A stretch of 64,000 nucleotides of DNA from Balanoglossus misakiensis. Its lineage: Eukaryota; Animalia; Hemichordata. The first letter of the stretch is position 1; every line of letters begins with the position of its first letter. The position numbers and the translations under genes were made by a program. The notes below the pieces were generated by a model. That model did no database searches. It saw only the letters and a list, made by a program, of their open reading frames with translations, and was not told the origin of the DNA. Positions 12,831-25,897 of this stretch are shown one piece after another. The stretch is taken from positions 2,064,247 through 2,128,246 of the forward strand of contig CM082594.2 in the NCBI GenBank assembly GCA_040954595.2. The letters are read 5' to 3'.

Positions 12831-14340
12831 TGCCCATCTTACTGTGCATCTGAAATGTTAGATTTAAACATGGATTCCTTTTTATCTATCAGACCGGAGG
12901 TGCATCTCAACTGTGGTATCTCAGGTAGTGCTTCCGGAGGTTGGATCGGTGTCCAAAACTGGCCCCGCACACGGAGCAGTCGAAAGGTCTTTCTCCGGTG
13001 TGAACTCTGCGGTGGGCGTTGAGGTTGGACCGGTCGCTGAAACGTTTATTGCACATAAGACATTGAAAAGGTTTTTTCTCTGGTGTGCGTCCTGGTGTGC
13101 GAGATCAACCGGTTGCGGAATTTGAACGCTTTTCCGCATACGTCGCACTGGAAAGGGGTCTCTCCGGTGGGCAACCAGGCTTTCCTTGTTGTTGAATTTC
13201 TCCCGACAGTCCTTGCATTCCACGGCCTTCTTCTGCGCACCCTTGGTGTGACTTTTCATGTGGGCTAGAAGCCGACTTCTGTTGTCAAACCCTGCTGAGC
13301 ATAGATGACACACAAAGTATCTTCCTTTCAAGGATCTTTTCTTGTTGTAGCCAGCAACGGATAACAGTCCGAGTTTTGACTTCCAGGCTTTTGGAACTTT
13401 TGCAGTGTTGGCTGTGGGTCTGAATGGTTGGATGTTTTGTTTAGGCCGTGTCAGTGCCTGGGAGGTCTCAGAAGGGGGGATGAAGATTTGCGAACTGTCA
13501 GACTCTGCTTCTATTTCCACATTCACGCGGTCTGCCTCGGTGGTTTCACCAACACATGACACTGATGGCCCCTCGGGTTACACATATACACGATCTCATC
13601 CCCAGGGCTTTCCTCTTTGATGACAATCTCATCTTTGCTCTCCTTCTCATCCACACTTTGCGAGATTTCCGATTGGGTGACATTCTCCAGACACTGAGCT
13701 GGGAAAGAGACACTCTCCACAAAACTGACGTCTCCACGAGCGCGTGAACTTCCTTCGCCACCGTGTCGATCCAACACTGCATTGTCAATTCCGACATTTG
13801 GATACAGTTTCAAGTTCTCTCGATTTGAATTTCCTGACTGTTCATCGATGGTGTCAAAATTATCCACAATGTCTCTCATATTCTCAAAATTCTGGCCGGT
13901 TATTGCTGTCGAGCTCGGTTGGCAATTTCTGGTATCGACATCCAAACTGTCACAGTGTCTCGCTTCATTTTCGTGTTGTCTCATTTCCGAGTCAACAGCA
14001 ATGCTTTTAACATCAGTGATTCCCATGTTAGTTTCCGGCACCACAGAATACATGCCATCGTCATGGTGACACACTCTTTCGTTGGTGTTTCCATGGTACT
14101 GGCTTTCAGGGCGTGGCAATTGGCTGGTCGTCACTTCAGAGAGATGGCACCACTTTAAAATAGGAAGTTGACCAGGGTCGATTTTTCTGTCAAATACACA
14201 GGAATACCGATTAAGAAGCCTTTTCTACCCCTCGTTGGCATGATTCAACTGTTGTCATGTAATTTGCAGATTTTTAGCATTCTTACATTTCTTCTGCCTA
14301 TATCCTTAAGAAGTCTAACTTTTGCACGTACATTCATTAA

Positions 14341-14527
14341 AGGTATACGGACACCCCTAGTTTACATATGCCCATATATGGCTGAAATAGCATAATTGAG
14401 TGCTCTAGAGAATATATGATCTCTTTTGTTTGCGTGTGCTACACAGTCTTTGATTGGTTAGATCTCCATTTGCCATGGTAACTGTAGCTATATTTGCATA
14501 CATGTAGGTGACCGTACCGGTATACCT
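14341..14527. mobile_element. TTAA-flanked (Kolobok-like) MITE
   Basis: ttaa-aggtatacggacacc...ggtgaccgtaccggtatacct-ttaa; related copy in opposite orientation at ~51369-51550. Confidence 0.6.
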
Positions 14528-15377
14528 TTAATATTTATAATTATTAACAGGGTGACGCCGCAGAACACGATGAATGACCTTTCGTGCGTTGAGACCCACT
14601 TTGAAACAAGGGAACGATTTTAATCTCGAGTTCACAGACGGAGATATACATGTAGGACACAAGTTTTTATGCTAACGGAAACACTAATTAACCTATAATG
14701 GTTCAGTCCAAAGCCACTGTTTTCTATGGTTAAGTTGGACCTCTAAAGAGGGAAATAGGGGTTAGGAACATAAGCTTTGCAAATTACGTGGCCTATTATT
14801 CCTTTAATTCAACTGCTCTAATAACAAGAGTGAAGGGTACGTTTTATTATTAGCTGCAGCAAAATTTCTCAAATTTAATTCAGCTATTGCGAGTATTAAA
14901 GGTAATACATACCAGGTTCACACAGGATAAATTTGAGATGGTTCTGAAGCTTTTCAGATAAGATACCGTCTTAAAAAACATGTGTGGATGGTGTATAGTG
15001 GTTCTGAAACGGCTTAGATTTGAGACGGCTTTGCCGGTCAGACCTGAGCCGGTGTAAGGATTAACACCTCTCCGCAACCCATTGTCTATGGGACTGAGCC
15101 TCAGTGCCTATACATAAACTTTGTGTGTGAGGACACAATGCGACTCAAAGGATTAATGCATAATAAATCTCCTATATTATTACGATTATTATTAATTTCA
15201 ATAACTTACTTATGTCAAGATAGATAAGCACTGCTTCATCATGGCAACCCTGAGGTCCTTTAAAGTAACAATGCTCATGCAATTCCAAATCATTCAGATA
15301 TGGCATCATGGCACCATACATTGGGACCAACCACTGACAGCAAATGCCATTGCAATCTGTAAGGAATAATAATAACA

Positions 15378-15712
15378 TTGATTGGTTGGATGGATGGATG
15401 GATGGATGGACTTGACTGAACGACCGACTGACTGGCCTTGGTGGGACTGACTGAAGGAATGAATGATGGATGGATGGATGGATTGATCGATCGATGGAAC
15501 GATGGATAGATAGATGGATGTCTGACTGAATGAATGACCGACAGACTGGACTTGATTGGACTGGAATTGATTGGACTGACTGACTGAATGATGGAATGAA
15601 TGAATGAATGAATGAATGAATGAATGAATGAATGAATGAATGAATGAATGAATGAATGAATGAATGAATGAATGAATGAATGAATGAATGAATGAATGAA
15701 TGAATGAATGAA
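15378..15712. repeat. Compound (GGAT)n/(GACT)n/(GAAT)n microsatellite
   Basis: Direct reading; long pure GAAT run ~15595-15712. Confidence 0.95.
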
Positions 15713-16572
15713 CTCTTTAACTGGTAGTACCAGTAGGACACAAAATAATTTACCTTCTTATGTATATATCATGACTAGGAATACGAACAGACAGTGGCAC
15801 ATGTACATGTATACAAAACCCTAAGCATAACCAACAAGCAGCGAGATACTAGCTACATAGCTACAGGGTAGTACATGTAGTTCAAAGCAGACATTATGCT
15901 TTGTAGCACCATAGGAAATTTGAGCGAAGTCAATCCATTGAATCTGATAAAAGGAATTGTAATTTGTACAAAAGCATCTCAAACTCATGAAGGAAATTTT
16001 CAATAGAGGCAACTGTTACAAGATAATTTATTTTCACGTTCTCATATTTAACTGCATCGTTATCACCCAAAAACATTTTTTGGCTCTTGCATAGTTCATG
16101 AAAATTTATCGTTCGCAAAAATTTCCCGTTTTACAGTTTTTCTCAATTTATTTACACAGATGCTTTTGTTTATACTGTGGTCCATTGAAATTCTGTGTTT
16201 CACCTGTTGTAATGACAGGAACACACTACCTAAAATACAATTTGCTTTTAAACTTTGTGCAATGCCCAGATAGTACCATACCATTTCTTGTTACCTTGAA
16301 TTGACCTTTCCTCTGGGGGAAATCCGTGGTCACATACTGCTTTGCAACAGTGACAACTTTCCGGAATTTTGCCATATCAATAACCGAGAAAGCTGTCTGG
16401 TGACCATACACATCACAACCACCCAGATGATAGATGTAGTTCTCACCATCCACCACTTTGCATTCATTATGGACCAACCTAGAGTTCAGGCCATCATTGC
16501 TTTCGCTCCATAAATTCATCCTACAAGTACAAAATAATACAAAGTTTCCCTCATAACGGATGCATCAATTTA

Positions 16573-16777
16573 CTGTAAATCACTTTATTTTCGCGAGCAA
16601 TTAATTTTCGCAAAATACAAATGTACGCTAGAGCCAAAATAGCGTGAAAATAAAAAGGCGCGTTAATTTTTTTCGAAGATAATAATGCAGTGAATGAAAT
16701 AAGAGAACGCAAAAATTAATACTCGCGAAACAGTGGCCTCTCTCGATATCGCGAAAATTTTAACTCGTGTTTTACAG
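16573..16777. mobile_element. Tc1/mariner-type MITE
   Basis: TA-ctgtaaa...tttacag-TA with internal ttttcgcg/cgcgaaaa repeats; related partial copy at ~41375-41545. Confidence 0.6.
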
Positions 16778-17093
16778 TATAACTCATGTACACTAAATAC
16801 ATGCTAAATTAACAAGGGAAACCAAACAAAGACATGGTCCAGTCATTCTGGTAGAAAATTGCCACAGCATGACAAACACTCTGATCTATAAAGCTATACT
16901 GTACAAAACATTATTTGCCTACTACTGAATCTATGAAACTCTACTGTACAATGTCAGTACACACAAACCACAGCAAAGACACACTTTGTAAATCACACTA
17001 AATATATCATATGATTGAATGAAAAATCCCATGTGTAAAGAAGAAAATCCATTTCATTAAAGGAGGTAACTGCCTCAAAAATCAAAGTCGTAA

Positions 17094-17821
17094 ACTGTCG
17101 CCTTACACTACATCTGACCTACTCTCACTGAAGCTCCCGTTGAAATCGCGCATTCTGACCCAGCCAATCAGATTGCATGTTATGTTGACCGCACTGGAGG
17201 AAACACAAACCAACGAATTGCACTGGGAAAATTGTGTTGTTGATTTCGAGTATCGCACTGAACACGACAGATTCTCCTGTGAACAATTACATATAATCCC
17301 ATGATATCATTCTTTTTTTGACGTCATCGTAATTCGTATACGAGTGTATATCACAAATTAAAACCGACACCATCACAAGTACACACACTGGCAAGACCCA
17401 CAAAGTCATTGATAACATCAAATGCACTACTCGCAACCTTATCTACATTATCACCTGCCAGAAATGCCTAAAACAATACATAGGCGAAACAAAAAGAGAA
17501 TTCAAACGATGCCTATATGAACACATCTACACCATCAAAAATAACAAACCCACACCTATCTCAGAACACTTTAATTTAACCAACCCGGTTACAATCTCAG
17601 TCAATTTCACGCATTCCCCACGCTGATTCAACTCTCCCGCCTAGGATATACGTTTGTGGTAGCTCCATGGTAACAGCCGCAAGGGGCCAGATCATGTGAT
17701 AATTGGCATACCTATCGTTCGCTATAAGGCGCCATCTGATTGGTTTACTGGCCCAGTAAAGCTTGAGATTTCAACGGGAGCTTCAGTGGGAGTTGGTCAG
17801 ATGTAGTGTGAGGCGACAGCT
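17094..17821. mobile_element. Non-autonomous element with ~55-bp TIRs
   Basis: ctgtcgccttacactacatctgacctactctcactgaagctcccgttgaaatc ... gatttcaacgggagcttcagtgggagttggtcagatgtagtgtgaggcgacag; TAA on both flanks. Confidence 0.7.
17350..17585 (+). pseudogene. Penelope-like retroelement GIY-YIG endonuclease fragment
   Basis: Reads KTDTITSTHTGKTHKVIDNIKCTTRNLIYIITCQKCLKQYIGETKREFKRCLYEHIYTIKNNKPTPISEHFN. Confidence 0.85.
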
Positions 17822-18933
17822 TAAAAAGACGTACCATATAAGTAAAAGACGTCGCCATTCCCTACACCTGATTTTAATCAGATTGGCTCTGAAACTGTTA
17901 CATCATTTTACCAACATTTTGATGGGGTGGTAAATTAATTCAATAAATAATTAATTAAATAAATAAGACAGCTCATTTTGTTGACAAATAAATGATGCAA
18001 AGTCATGGACTGTGGTTAAATCAAAGAATCATATTCTTCGACATCAAATGACGTCAGACGCGCTCAGGCGCAGTTACGTTGGCATTCAAATTTCCAGATG
18101 ACAGGCAACTTTAGCAAAGTGGTGCAGATAAAGACTGTGTACGCTAGACGAAACGCATGAGGCTGATAAGGAATCATACCTGATACATGTTACGTCTTTG
18201 GCGGTTCTAAAGCAAAAACATAATCGGAAAAACTTTTACTGGATGCTGAAATATTGCTTGCCCATCACCTTGAAATGACAACGCCGTTGTTCACATGGCC
18301 AGATCACGTGATTGATAGTAAAGAATTGCATTGAAATCTAAAAATAAGCCATAGATGTCAACTCACAGCCTCATACTTGCGGATAAGTTCTTGCAGTACT
18401 GTGTTATGTTGAATGCAGTTATCCAGTTTGGCAGCTCTACTATGCAGCAGTTTGTACAACTCTATGGCAAACTCAGAACCATATGTCTCTCTGAAATCAA
18501 GCACAACATACATTTATTGCCAGAAGTCACTTCCATATTATTCATTCAGTATTATTATAAGGCCAATGTGTAGTTATATATAAAGGGACCTCAATTTGGC
18601 GCTGATACATACAAGCATTGTTGATCAGTTTTCTAATTTTCTAACATCTGGAAATTGTTGCCTGGTTGTAAACACCATATGCATATATGCACTCCAGAAA
18701 ACATAACTTAAGACGGTGATATCATCAGTGGCTGAGACCAATGACAGTGGAGAAATTTCCTGATTTGTACAATGAAGTGAATGGATAAGGTGTGTTGGGG
18801 AAACTCACTTGGGGAAATAAACATAAATTATACTGTTACCCTTATCAGTGGCCAGTTAATACAAACAATGACATTAACCCTAACGCTGCCAAGTCAGTTG
18901 AAACTGGTTTGATTTCTAGGGTGCCTAGAATCC

Positions 18934-19335
18934 TAGCCCGGAGACACAGGCGTAGTAGGGGAAAAGGAACGCCCGGGGACAGTCTCTATTTACGCACCAA
19001 ATTCTGTGCGCAGAACGACACGGGTGGTAAATCTTGTGTGTAAGCTAATTGGTCACTCAATGTAAACCAAATGACATCATCGCATTCTAAATAAGGAAAT
19101 AGAGGTGGAGTCATGTGTGAAATTCCCGCGACGGGATGTGGGAATGGTTTACCAAGCTTTGTTAATTATATCATCCAACCACTGGCGCCCGTCAACATTT
19201 GATAGATCACTCATTATCAATTCGTTACTAAGCGACCCTGATCGTTGCCAGGGCTACTATCTTTCAGCTCAGCAGGAAGTTACTGGACTGTCCCCGGGCG
19301 TTGTATTCTAGATCGACGCCTGTGTCTCCGGGCTA
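18934..19335. mobile_element. 402-bp non-autonomous TIR element with 9-bp TSD
   Basis: TIR tagcccggagacacaggcg/cgcctgtgtctccgggcta; TSD ctagaatcc at 18925-18933 and 19336-19344; the host repeat's inverted paralog (~33550-33780) has the empty site. Confidence 0.85.
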
Positions 19336-20698
19336 CTAGAATCCTGGCTCCCAGGCCTGTTAGACTGCCAAGTGCATGTTATTCAGTAGGGCCTATACAA
19401 GACCCTCAGACCAATACAGTGCAAACCAGTGCAATTTGATACATTTTACAGGGGGCTCAGACTGCCACATGTGTCTAAGTACGTATGAGAGCCATGTCAA
19501 GACAGTCAAAATACGTTTTAGAAGAAAAAGTGGCAAATATGTATTTAAGGGACTTGACACTCTAAACAGGTACATGTATGACAACCAGTTGTGATGGACT
19601 GGATTGCACACATGACCAGAACCCTCTTCAAGATACAGAAAAAAGAATCGATGGCACTACTATTTCCACAAGATACGATAACAGTTGGTTTCTATGACAA
19701 CTACAAATCATTTTCATTGACCAATACTTACTTATCCATGAGAAAGAGCAGTAGAATAAGGTATGCAATCTTGAAAATATCACTCTCAGGATGCTTGGCA
19801 ATGCGTCTTTGAAATGACTCCCTGTTCATACAGAAAACAAAAATGAATTTTACCATACTTTTCCTGCAGTTTGAATTTACTACGTGTACCTCTGAACAAT
19901 ATGAATATTTATTGCAACCAGTAAACTCACAACATACACAGACTGTGATGTGCAATAAAACTTAAAAGTTTAACTATCAAATGTGTTGGGTTTGCACTTA
20001 AAATGTTCAAATTGATACATGTACTCGGAACTTTTTTTATCTGAAAAGAACCGATCCATAATTGGTCACAATTTGGTGTAGATAAAAGTCAACAATTTCC
20101 TGGAGATAGATTGTTTGCAGGTATGAAGACAGCAAGTTACTCTATAATCCCTCAAAGTCACAATAAATGTGTGAGTTGTTGACATTTCATGAGGCACATC
20201 TTTTAATAGATGATTTTCTGCTCATCGTAAGATCTTGCAAAGCTTGGTTAGTTTACATAGCAACAGGTTGGTAGCCAAGTATCAAATTCAATCAAGCTTT
20301 GAATGAACTAGAATAGGTGCAGAATTTCACGACAATTGTAATTTTTGTGCCATTGAACACAATGGGTCATGCGTTGTTTATCCTGTATCACATGAGAGTG
20401 CAGGCCTCCCATGTACATTGCCTAGCCATGCGAGATCTTGCAGGGTCTTGTGGTCTGTGAAAGAAACCCTTACCTGATTGGGGCTGTAGCTTTCCAACCT
20501 TCAGGTACATAGGCACTTTCTTTCACCCGGAATCCATCTGTTAATACTTTCTTTTTCTGTGCATGACCTTTGGCACCAGACACCCTGACTCCATCTTTTG
20601 GATTCTTTCCACCTTTGCCATCAATGGCAGCAGATGCTGTCCTCCTGCCAACATCTATCAGAGGAGAAAAATTTTCACGGGGTAATTTTGATTTTTAA

Positions 20699-21113
20699 GG
20701 ATGTACGTTCAGTAAAATTGAAAGTATTGTCACTTATTTTAATTGTGGATTTTTGGGTGCTCCTTTGTATTATAATCATGAAAATCTGTGATAAAATATA
20801 GGGGTCACCGTGCTTGTTTATGAAATACAGAGCCATGAATTTCGTCAATAATAGAAGAAAACTGCTGACTCAGTATTTTTCACCAATGGTTTGTCTATGG
20901 GCAAAATTATTAACCCAATTCATCTCAAAATAGAGCGCGGTGACCCCTATATTTTATTTGACCAATGAATTTATATTTGCTGGACTAAGCTATGTGTAAA
21001 ATTTCGTGAAAATGACAATAGTAGAAGTTTGTTTTCTAGCTATTATCAATGTAATCCTATGGGAAAAAGACGGGTGCCTGCAGTTTTCCGGTTTGTGTTC
21101 TGCGCGTACATCT
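20699..21113. mobile_element. Kolobok-like non-autonomous element
   Basis: ttaa-ggatgtacg...cgtacatct-ttaa; internal inverted aaaatataggggtcaccg/cggtgacccctatatttt. Confidence 0.65.
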
Positions 21114-21961
21114 TTAAAGAGTTTATTACACCTATCAAAATGTATTTTTCATTGTTTGACCGTAAACTAAAATTGCATTCATGATTTGAATTCTGGTGTC
21201 ATTTTTTTTATTCTCGTCGATGAATAAATGTTATCCTAATAAATGTTCACCCCTTCAAAAAAATCTCTGTCTGAACGGCCCCGTTACGTGTGACGTCATT
21301 GGGGGCTCTCCTTCGCTTTTAGTCTACAATTCATCGCATCGAGAGGCGTACATGTCGTCTACTTGACTTTTATGGCGTCAACGGTAAACACGGTCAGTGA
21401 CGAGGCAATTTGTTGGGAGAGTATATGATTCAGACAGTAGCGATGGAGAGTTTTGGGCTCTTCGTCGGTGCTTTCAAGGAAATTCCTGGCCAGGGCCGAA
21501 CCAGCAAGGCGTGAGGTATCTCCTCAACCTGTTCGGGCTGGTGGGCAACCGTCGATGCGGAGCGAAGAAATGCCTGCAAGCGCGGGTCCAGATTCGCCTG
21601 AATCTTCTCGAGTGGGAAATATAGTTGGTGAATAAGCATCATTTTCTGTTTGTTTGTTTTTATTTTACAATAAATATGTCCACTAACATGTTCAGGGAGT
21701 GGTTCTGTGAAACTCAAATATTCTCGTAGCAGATCTGCCTCCCGATACGGACGTCTGCGCTCGTCTGGTCACCGATATATACACAAAGAACCCGCGGCAC
21801 ACGGTCCGTACTAAAACATCATTGCTGACATCTCTGTTGTGAAAAAAACGTAATGGGACGACAAATTTCATACATAAATATCACAGATAAACTCCCTGTT
21901 CACAAGCGACCGGTTACCCAAAACTGGCATAACACCGGTACAGTTCCATTCATCATTACCT

Positions 21962-22090
21962 TTACGGTGATGAAGTGACCTTTTGGCCATTTTGTATGAA
22001 GCGCTCCCATTTTTCTCTCAGTCCTTTGCTTTTCGGAAATCTATGTACACTACGGATGGTGTTTTTACAGCCCCCGACGACGCATCGTTT
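21962..22090 (-). pseudogene. THAP domain N-terminal remnant
   Basis: Reads KRCVVGGCKNTIRSVHRFPKSKGLREKWERFIQ (THAP C..C, HxFP, W signature), then a stop; no ATG. Confidence 0.6.
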
Positions 22091-23619
22091 GATAATAATG
22101 ATGGAAACGCGGGACTCTCGCTTTGGGCTAAGCTGTGCAACGATATCACTGTTTACGTACTGGCAACGACTTCCCCCAAAGACGTCATGTCACGTGGTCT
22201 ATACGCGGCAAATACGAATTGAGATTTTTTCTGAGGGACATGAATTTCGACGATTTTATTAATGAATCATTAATTATAGAAGGTAACAAGTCACTCCGAC
22301 CCCTGGCCTGTCCGACCCCAGTGATTCACACCTCTTTGTGGTCATCTAGACCCCTGTGGCCAAGTCACTTAGACCCCTATGTCTATCTCTACTTATTCTC
22401 TCGATTTCTTTGAATAAAGGTACTCTATATCTATTGATTGTCATTTTTTTACTTACACACAAACATTGCTGCCTCCAGCGAACACAGAACGAAGGGAACC
22501 TCTTTCATACAACGTACGGATTACATGCTATGCCACGCACGCCGCGCCGCCATCTTCGGGCGTGGATAGCTATTGTTCTCACCGTTGGCATGGACCTTAC
22601 CATTTGTAGCAGGGGTTGTCTAAGTCTCGGGGGTGGGGAGTGTTTACAGTAAAGAAACGTCCCAGTTTAATTTTACTCACAATTTGTTTTTATTTCCAAA
22701 TCACGACAGTTTTGATACGAGTAACAACGTCGCGCCATCGCCGGTATACCTTGATAACGATCACCGTTGTTCGGGGTAAACCCAATCTGATCAAAATCTG
22801 ATTAAAATCAGATGTAGGGAACGGCGACTTTTTTTTTTTACGGAGTTTTTGATGACAGGCGCCTGTCACAGATTTTTGAAAACCAAAGCACAGTTCACAC
22901 AGTCCATTAAATGATTCGTCTTTTCTCCCCCCGAAAAATGAGATGAAACGAAGTGCAAAATTCTGAAATATTTCTGAGCAACCTCGCTGGCTACATACAA
23001 TTGTTTTACCGTTTATGTCTGATGTACTACGGCCGCTGCACACTGAGTTGACACAATCACCGTGACCTCAACAGTGCGGACACGGACACACTGTAAAATA
23101 TTTCAAATTTGAATTGAAAGATTTTTTTCAAGATGAACGAATTCATTGCTTATTGTGCAATGGTACGGGGAAATACGTTACAACTTAACCGTGGCCGTAA
23201 AAACGTAAATTCCTTCAAAGCATTGGGTTTTTTTAAAGTTACTAAAAAGGCGGTCCGATGTCATTGTTCATATTTGGTGAGGTGTTTAACGGTTTCTTTT
23301 CGGTGTTGCGCTCCTTTGCAGTTGACGGGGAGGCGGCACAGTCATATCAAAAGACAATCAATGGGCGGTGAACTCAATTATTGTTCCATGAAGTGTCACT
23401 TAAGGTGTGAAAAGTGCGGTATCACGTCAACGTCGATCTCAATGTTTTCTCACTTTAAGGTGTAAAAAGTGCGGTATCACCTCAACTTGAAAGTGATCTT
23501 GGTTATAAAATGCCATGTAACAGGCATTTCGATCATTCCAACCTTGGTAGTTCATCTACTAACATTATAGCAAAGTCACATAGCGAAGTCTTGCGTACTA
23601 CATCGAGCTTATTGCAGTC

Positions 23620-24185
23620 ATGTCGTCTGTTGTCTATCCATGCGTCGTCTGTTCCCGTGAGGTCCGTCAACGGCAAGAGGCTCTTGCCTCACTGCAGCAA
23701 GTGGCAACATCGAACCTGCAACTCGGGGGTTTCAAGACCCACCTACCGCCAGCTTCTCCGGGAAGAAATCGAGCTTACATGGTACTGCGCTGAGTGTTCA
23801 CGCTCATCATCATCATCATCACCACCACCACCACCTGTTGCTGAGATGGAGATGGACATCGATGTACCTGCCGACCACTCTTTCACCATTGACCAGCCGT
23901 ACACGCAGCCAGCGGACACCATCGAAGACAGCATTGCAGACAACGTCCTACCCGACCCCATCCCCAATATCGGCGCATAGGTCACGACATCGTACGAGTT
24001 AATCGAGGGAGCATCGGTACGTGGTAACGCGATGCTGGTGGATTCCAACGGTTACTCGTACCAGAAAAAGTCCAGCAAGTCCGTCAACCCCATCTGGCGA
24101 TGCAGCGCGCGCACGAACAAGGCCATCAAGTGCAAAAGGCGAAGACTTTTGTGCAGGATTGCACAGCCACAACCACCTTGGGCAG
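23620..24185 (+). pseudogene. N-terminus of a Mutator/MULE-type transposase: PHD finger plus FLYWCH domain
   Basis: MSSVVYPCVVCSREVRQRQEAL/HCSKWQHRTC...TWYCAEC (PHD, frameshifted), a stop, then YELIEGASVRGNAMLVDSNGYSY...WRCSAR...C/..HSHNH (FLYWCH). Upstream 22870-23190 is homologous to the inner part of the 27461-28668 element. Confidence 0.75.
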
Positions 24186-24442
24186 CCCTGGTTATTTCAG
24201 TTTCAGTTGGTGGGATAAAGATATTGTTTTATTCACTGAAACATGCTGATTGACTAGTTGTCACAACTCAAGTTGCACGGTGTACATGGGTATAACATAA
24301 TGATTGAGCATACTTCCATAATATAATTTTGGGTAATGACCAATTAAATGCTGGAAATATATATGTGTATTGTCCATGTACGGGTTGTAAACTCAACCGG
24401 CCCCATGATTACAGATCAATGAACATGCTTCAGTGAGTAGAA

Positions 24443-25080
24443 TAATAGAATCTCACACTCCCAAGGACCTGTGATCATATTTTTGTCCCACACGAGCCGC
24501 AGGCGAGTGTGGGACAAAAAATCCCCAACGAGTGTGAGAAATACGATCCCAGGTCCTTGGTGTGTGAGATTCTTTTTCTCACACGACCAGAAATTTGCAA
24601 TATTAACGTTTATTTACAATAAAAGGACTAAATCTATGAAATACCAACTGATAACTGCATGACCAGTCATATATTGATCCGCCCCTCAAAACATAGTCCC
24701 CATTTCATCACGAGTTTACAGTACACACATGCTATAAAAATGTGCTCAACACATTTAAATATGGAGATTGTTTCCAGTGGTATAAATTCAAGCGATATCT
24801 AGAAAATACAACCGTGTTTTTTAGTCTGTCGCCAACCACATACACCACTGTCGTCTGCACATGACCTTATCACATTGTAGTTCAGGTCTGTGTACAACAC
24901 ATCACACAATTGGATAATATTTGTTCGTTCTGAGGGGTATGAATGTCATTATCCAATCAGAGCTCGTGTCAGATAACACTTGTCTGTGTGCGCATTAACA
25001 CAGAGTGTGGAATCAATTTGATCAATTTGATCCAACACTCTCTATCCCACACTCCCAGCGGCCAGGAGTGTGAGAATATT
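24443..25080 (+). mobile_element. Putative non-autonomous Crypton-like hairpin element, copy 1
   Basis: aatagaatctcacactcccaaggacctg...hairpin with loop cgagccgcaggcgag...ends cacactcccagcggccaggagtgtgagaa. Confidence 0.65.
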
Positions 25081-25460
25081 ATATCATAAATATCGTATCA
25101 AAAGAGATTAAAATGTTATATCAAACAGTGCAACACTCCCGTCTCGTAAAATAGGTTAAACTTATTGGCTGCTGAGTTTCCTATTACCATTTCAGTGTCA
25201 ATCTGATTAAAATCAGATGTAAAGAAATGGTCATGTTTTTTTCTTAAAGTGTTCTACGGTCTTTGACTTCTATTGTCCTCACCTAGTCCATACAAAAGAC
25301 AAGGCAATAGGGTGTGAATCCTGCAACAGATGTCTTTAATCAGACAGTATCAATAAATGCTATTAACGTGTGGACTATGCAAGATCAGTTCGAATACAAT
25401 TGGACTTTTGGAGAAGTTTGCAAAACATTGTACAAGCAGTTTCTGAGACGATGACAAAAA

Positions 25461-25893
25461 TCTGCTTCCATTGAGGAGTAACAGTGTTTGCAATTTAGAT
25501 TTTTAGAAAATTTGATCAAATTCACAATGAGTTGTATTGAATCAGATTTTATTCCCGCCAAGGACACTTTATCGACTAAAAAATTGTTTTGTTAGATGGG
25601 TCCATACACAATCCCCTGTTAAAATTTGAGCAAATTCGGCCAACGCAGAGCGAAGCTAAATTCTTCTGAAGTTGTCAAGAGCAGCAAAAATGCAAACTGA
25701 GAAAAACAGCCATTTGCATTGTTGACACCTATTTGTTAAGCTGTGAACTCATTCAGAAAAGTGCTATTTTTGGGTGATTATGCACCATTTCCGCCAAGAC
25801 GCATTTGTCAGAATGTGGATCAGTATTAGACCTACCGATTGATGTAAAAAAAAAAAAATTGGCAAAAATCACAACTTTTCATGCAATGCCACC
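25461..25893 (+). mobile_element. 3' part of a Kolobok-like element
   Basis: Near-identical to 44950-45384; ends catgcaatgccacc-ttaa. Confidence 0.75.
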
Positions 25894-25897
25894 TTAA

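Larger units (their letters stand above)
12907..20655 (-). pseudogene. C2H2 zinc-finger gene (5 fingers) with frameshifts; exons ~20655-20474, 16520-16295, 14152-12907
   Basis: Exon phases compatible (2, 0). Last exon encodes fingers CHLC..HMKSH, CKDC..H (partly deleted), [47 protein letters not shown]-stop. Frameshifts near 13575, 13170 and 13075. Confidence 0.75.

Noticed and set aside
15172-15741. 189-aa ORF with SFIH repeats
   Set aside because: Translation of a (GAAT)n microsatellite
21372-21635. Plus-strand acidic ORF start resembling a transposase N-terminus
   Set aside because: Only a short DSDSSDGEF-like patch with broken frames; insufficient evidence
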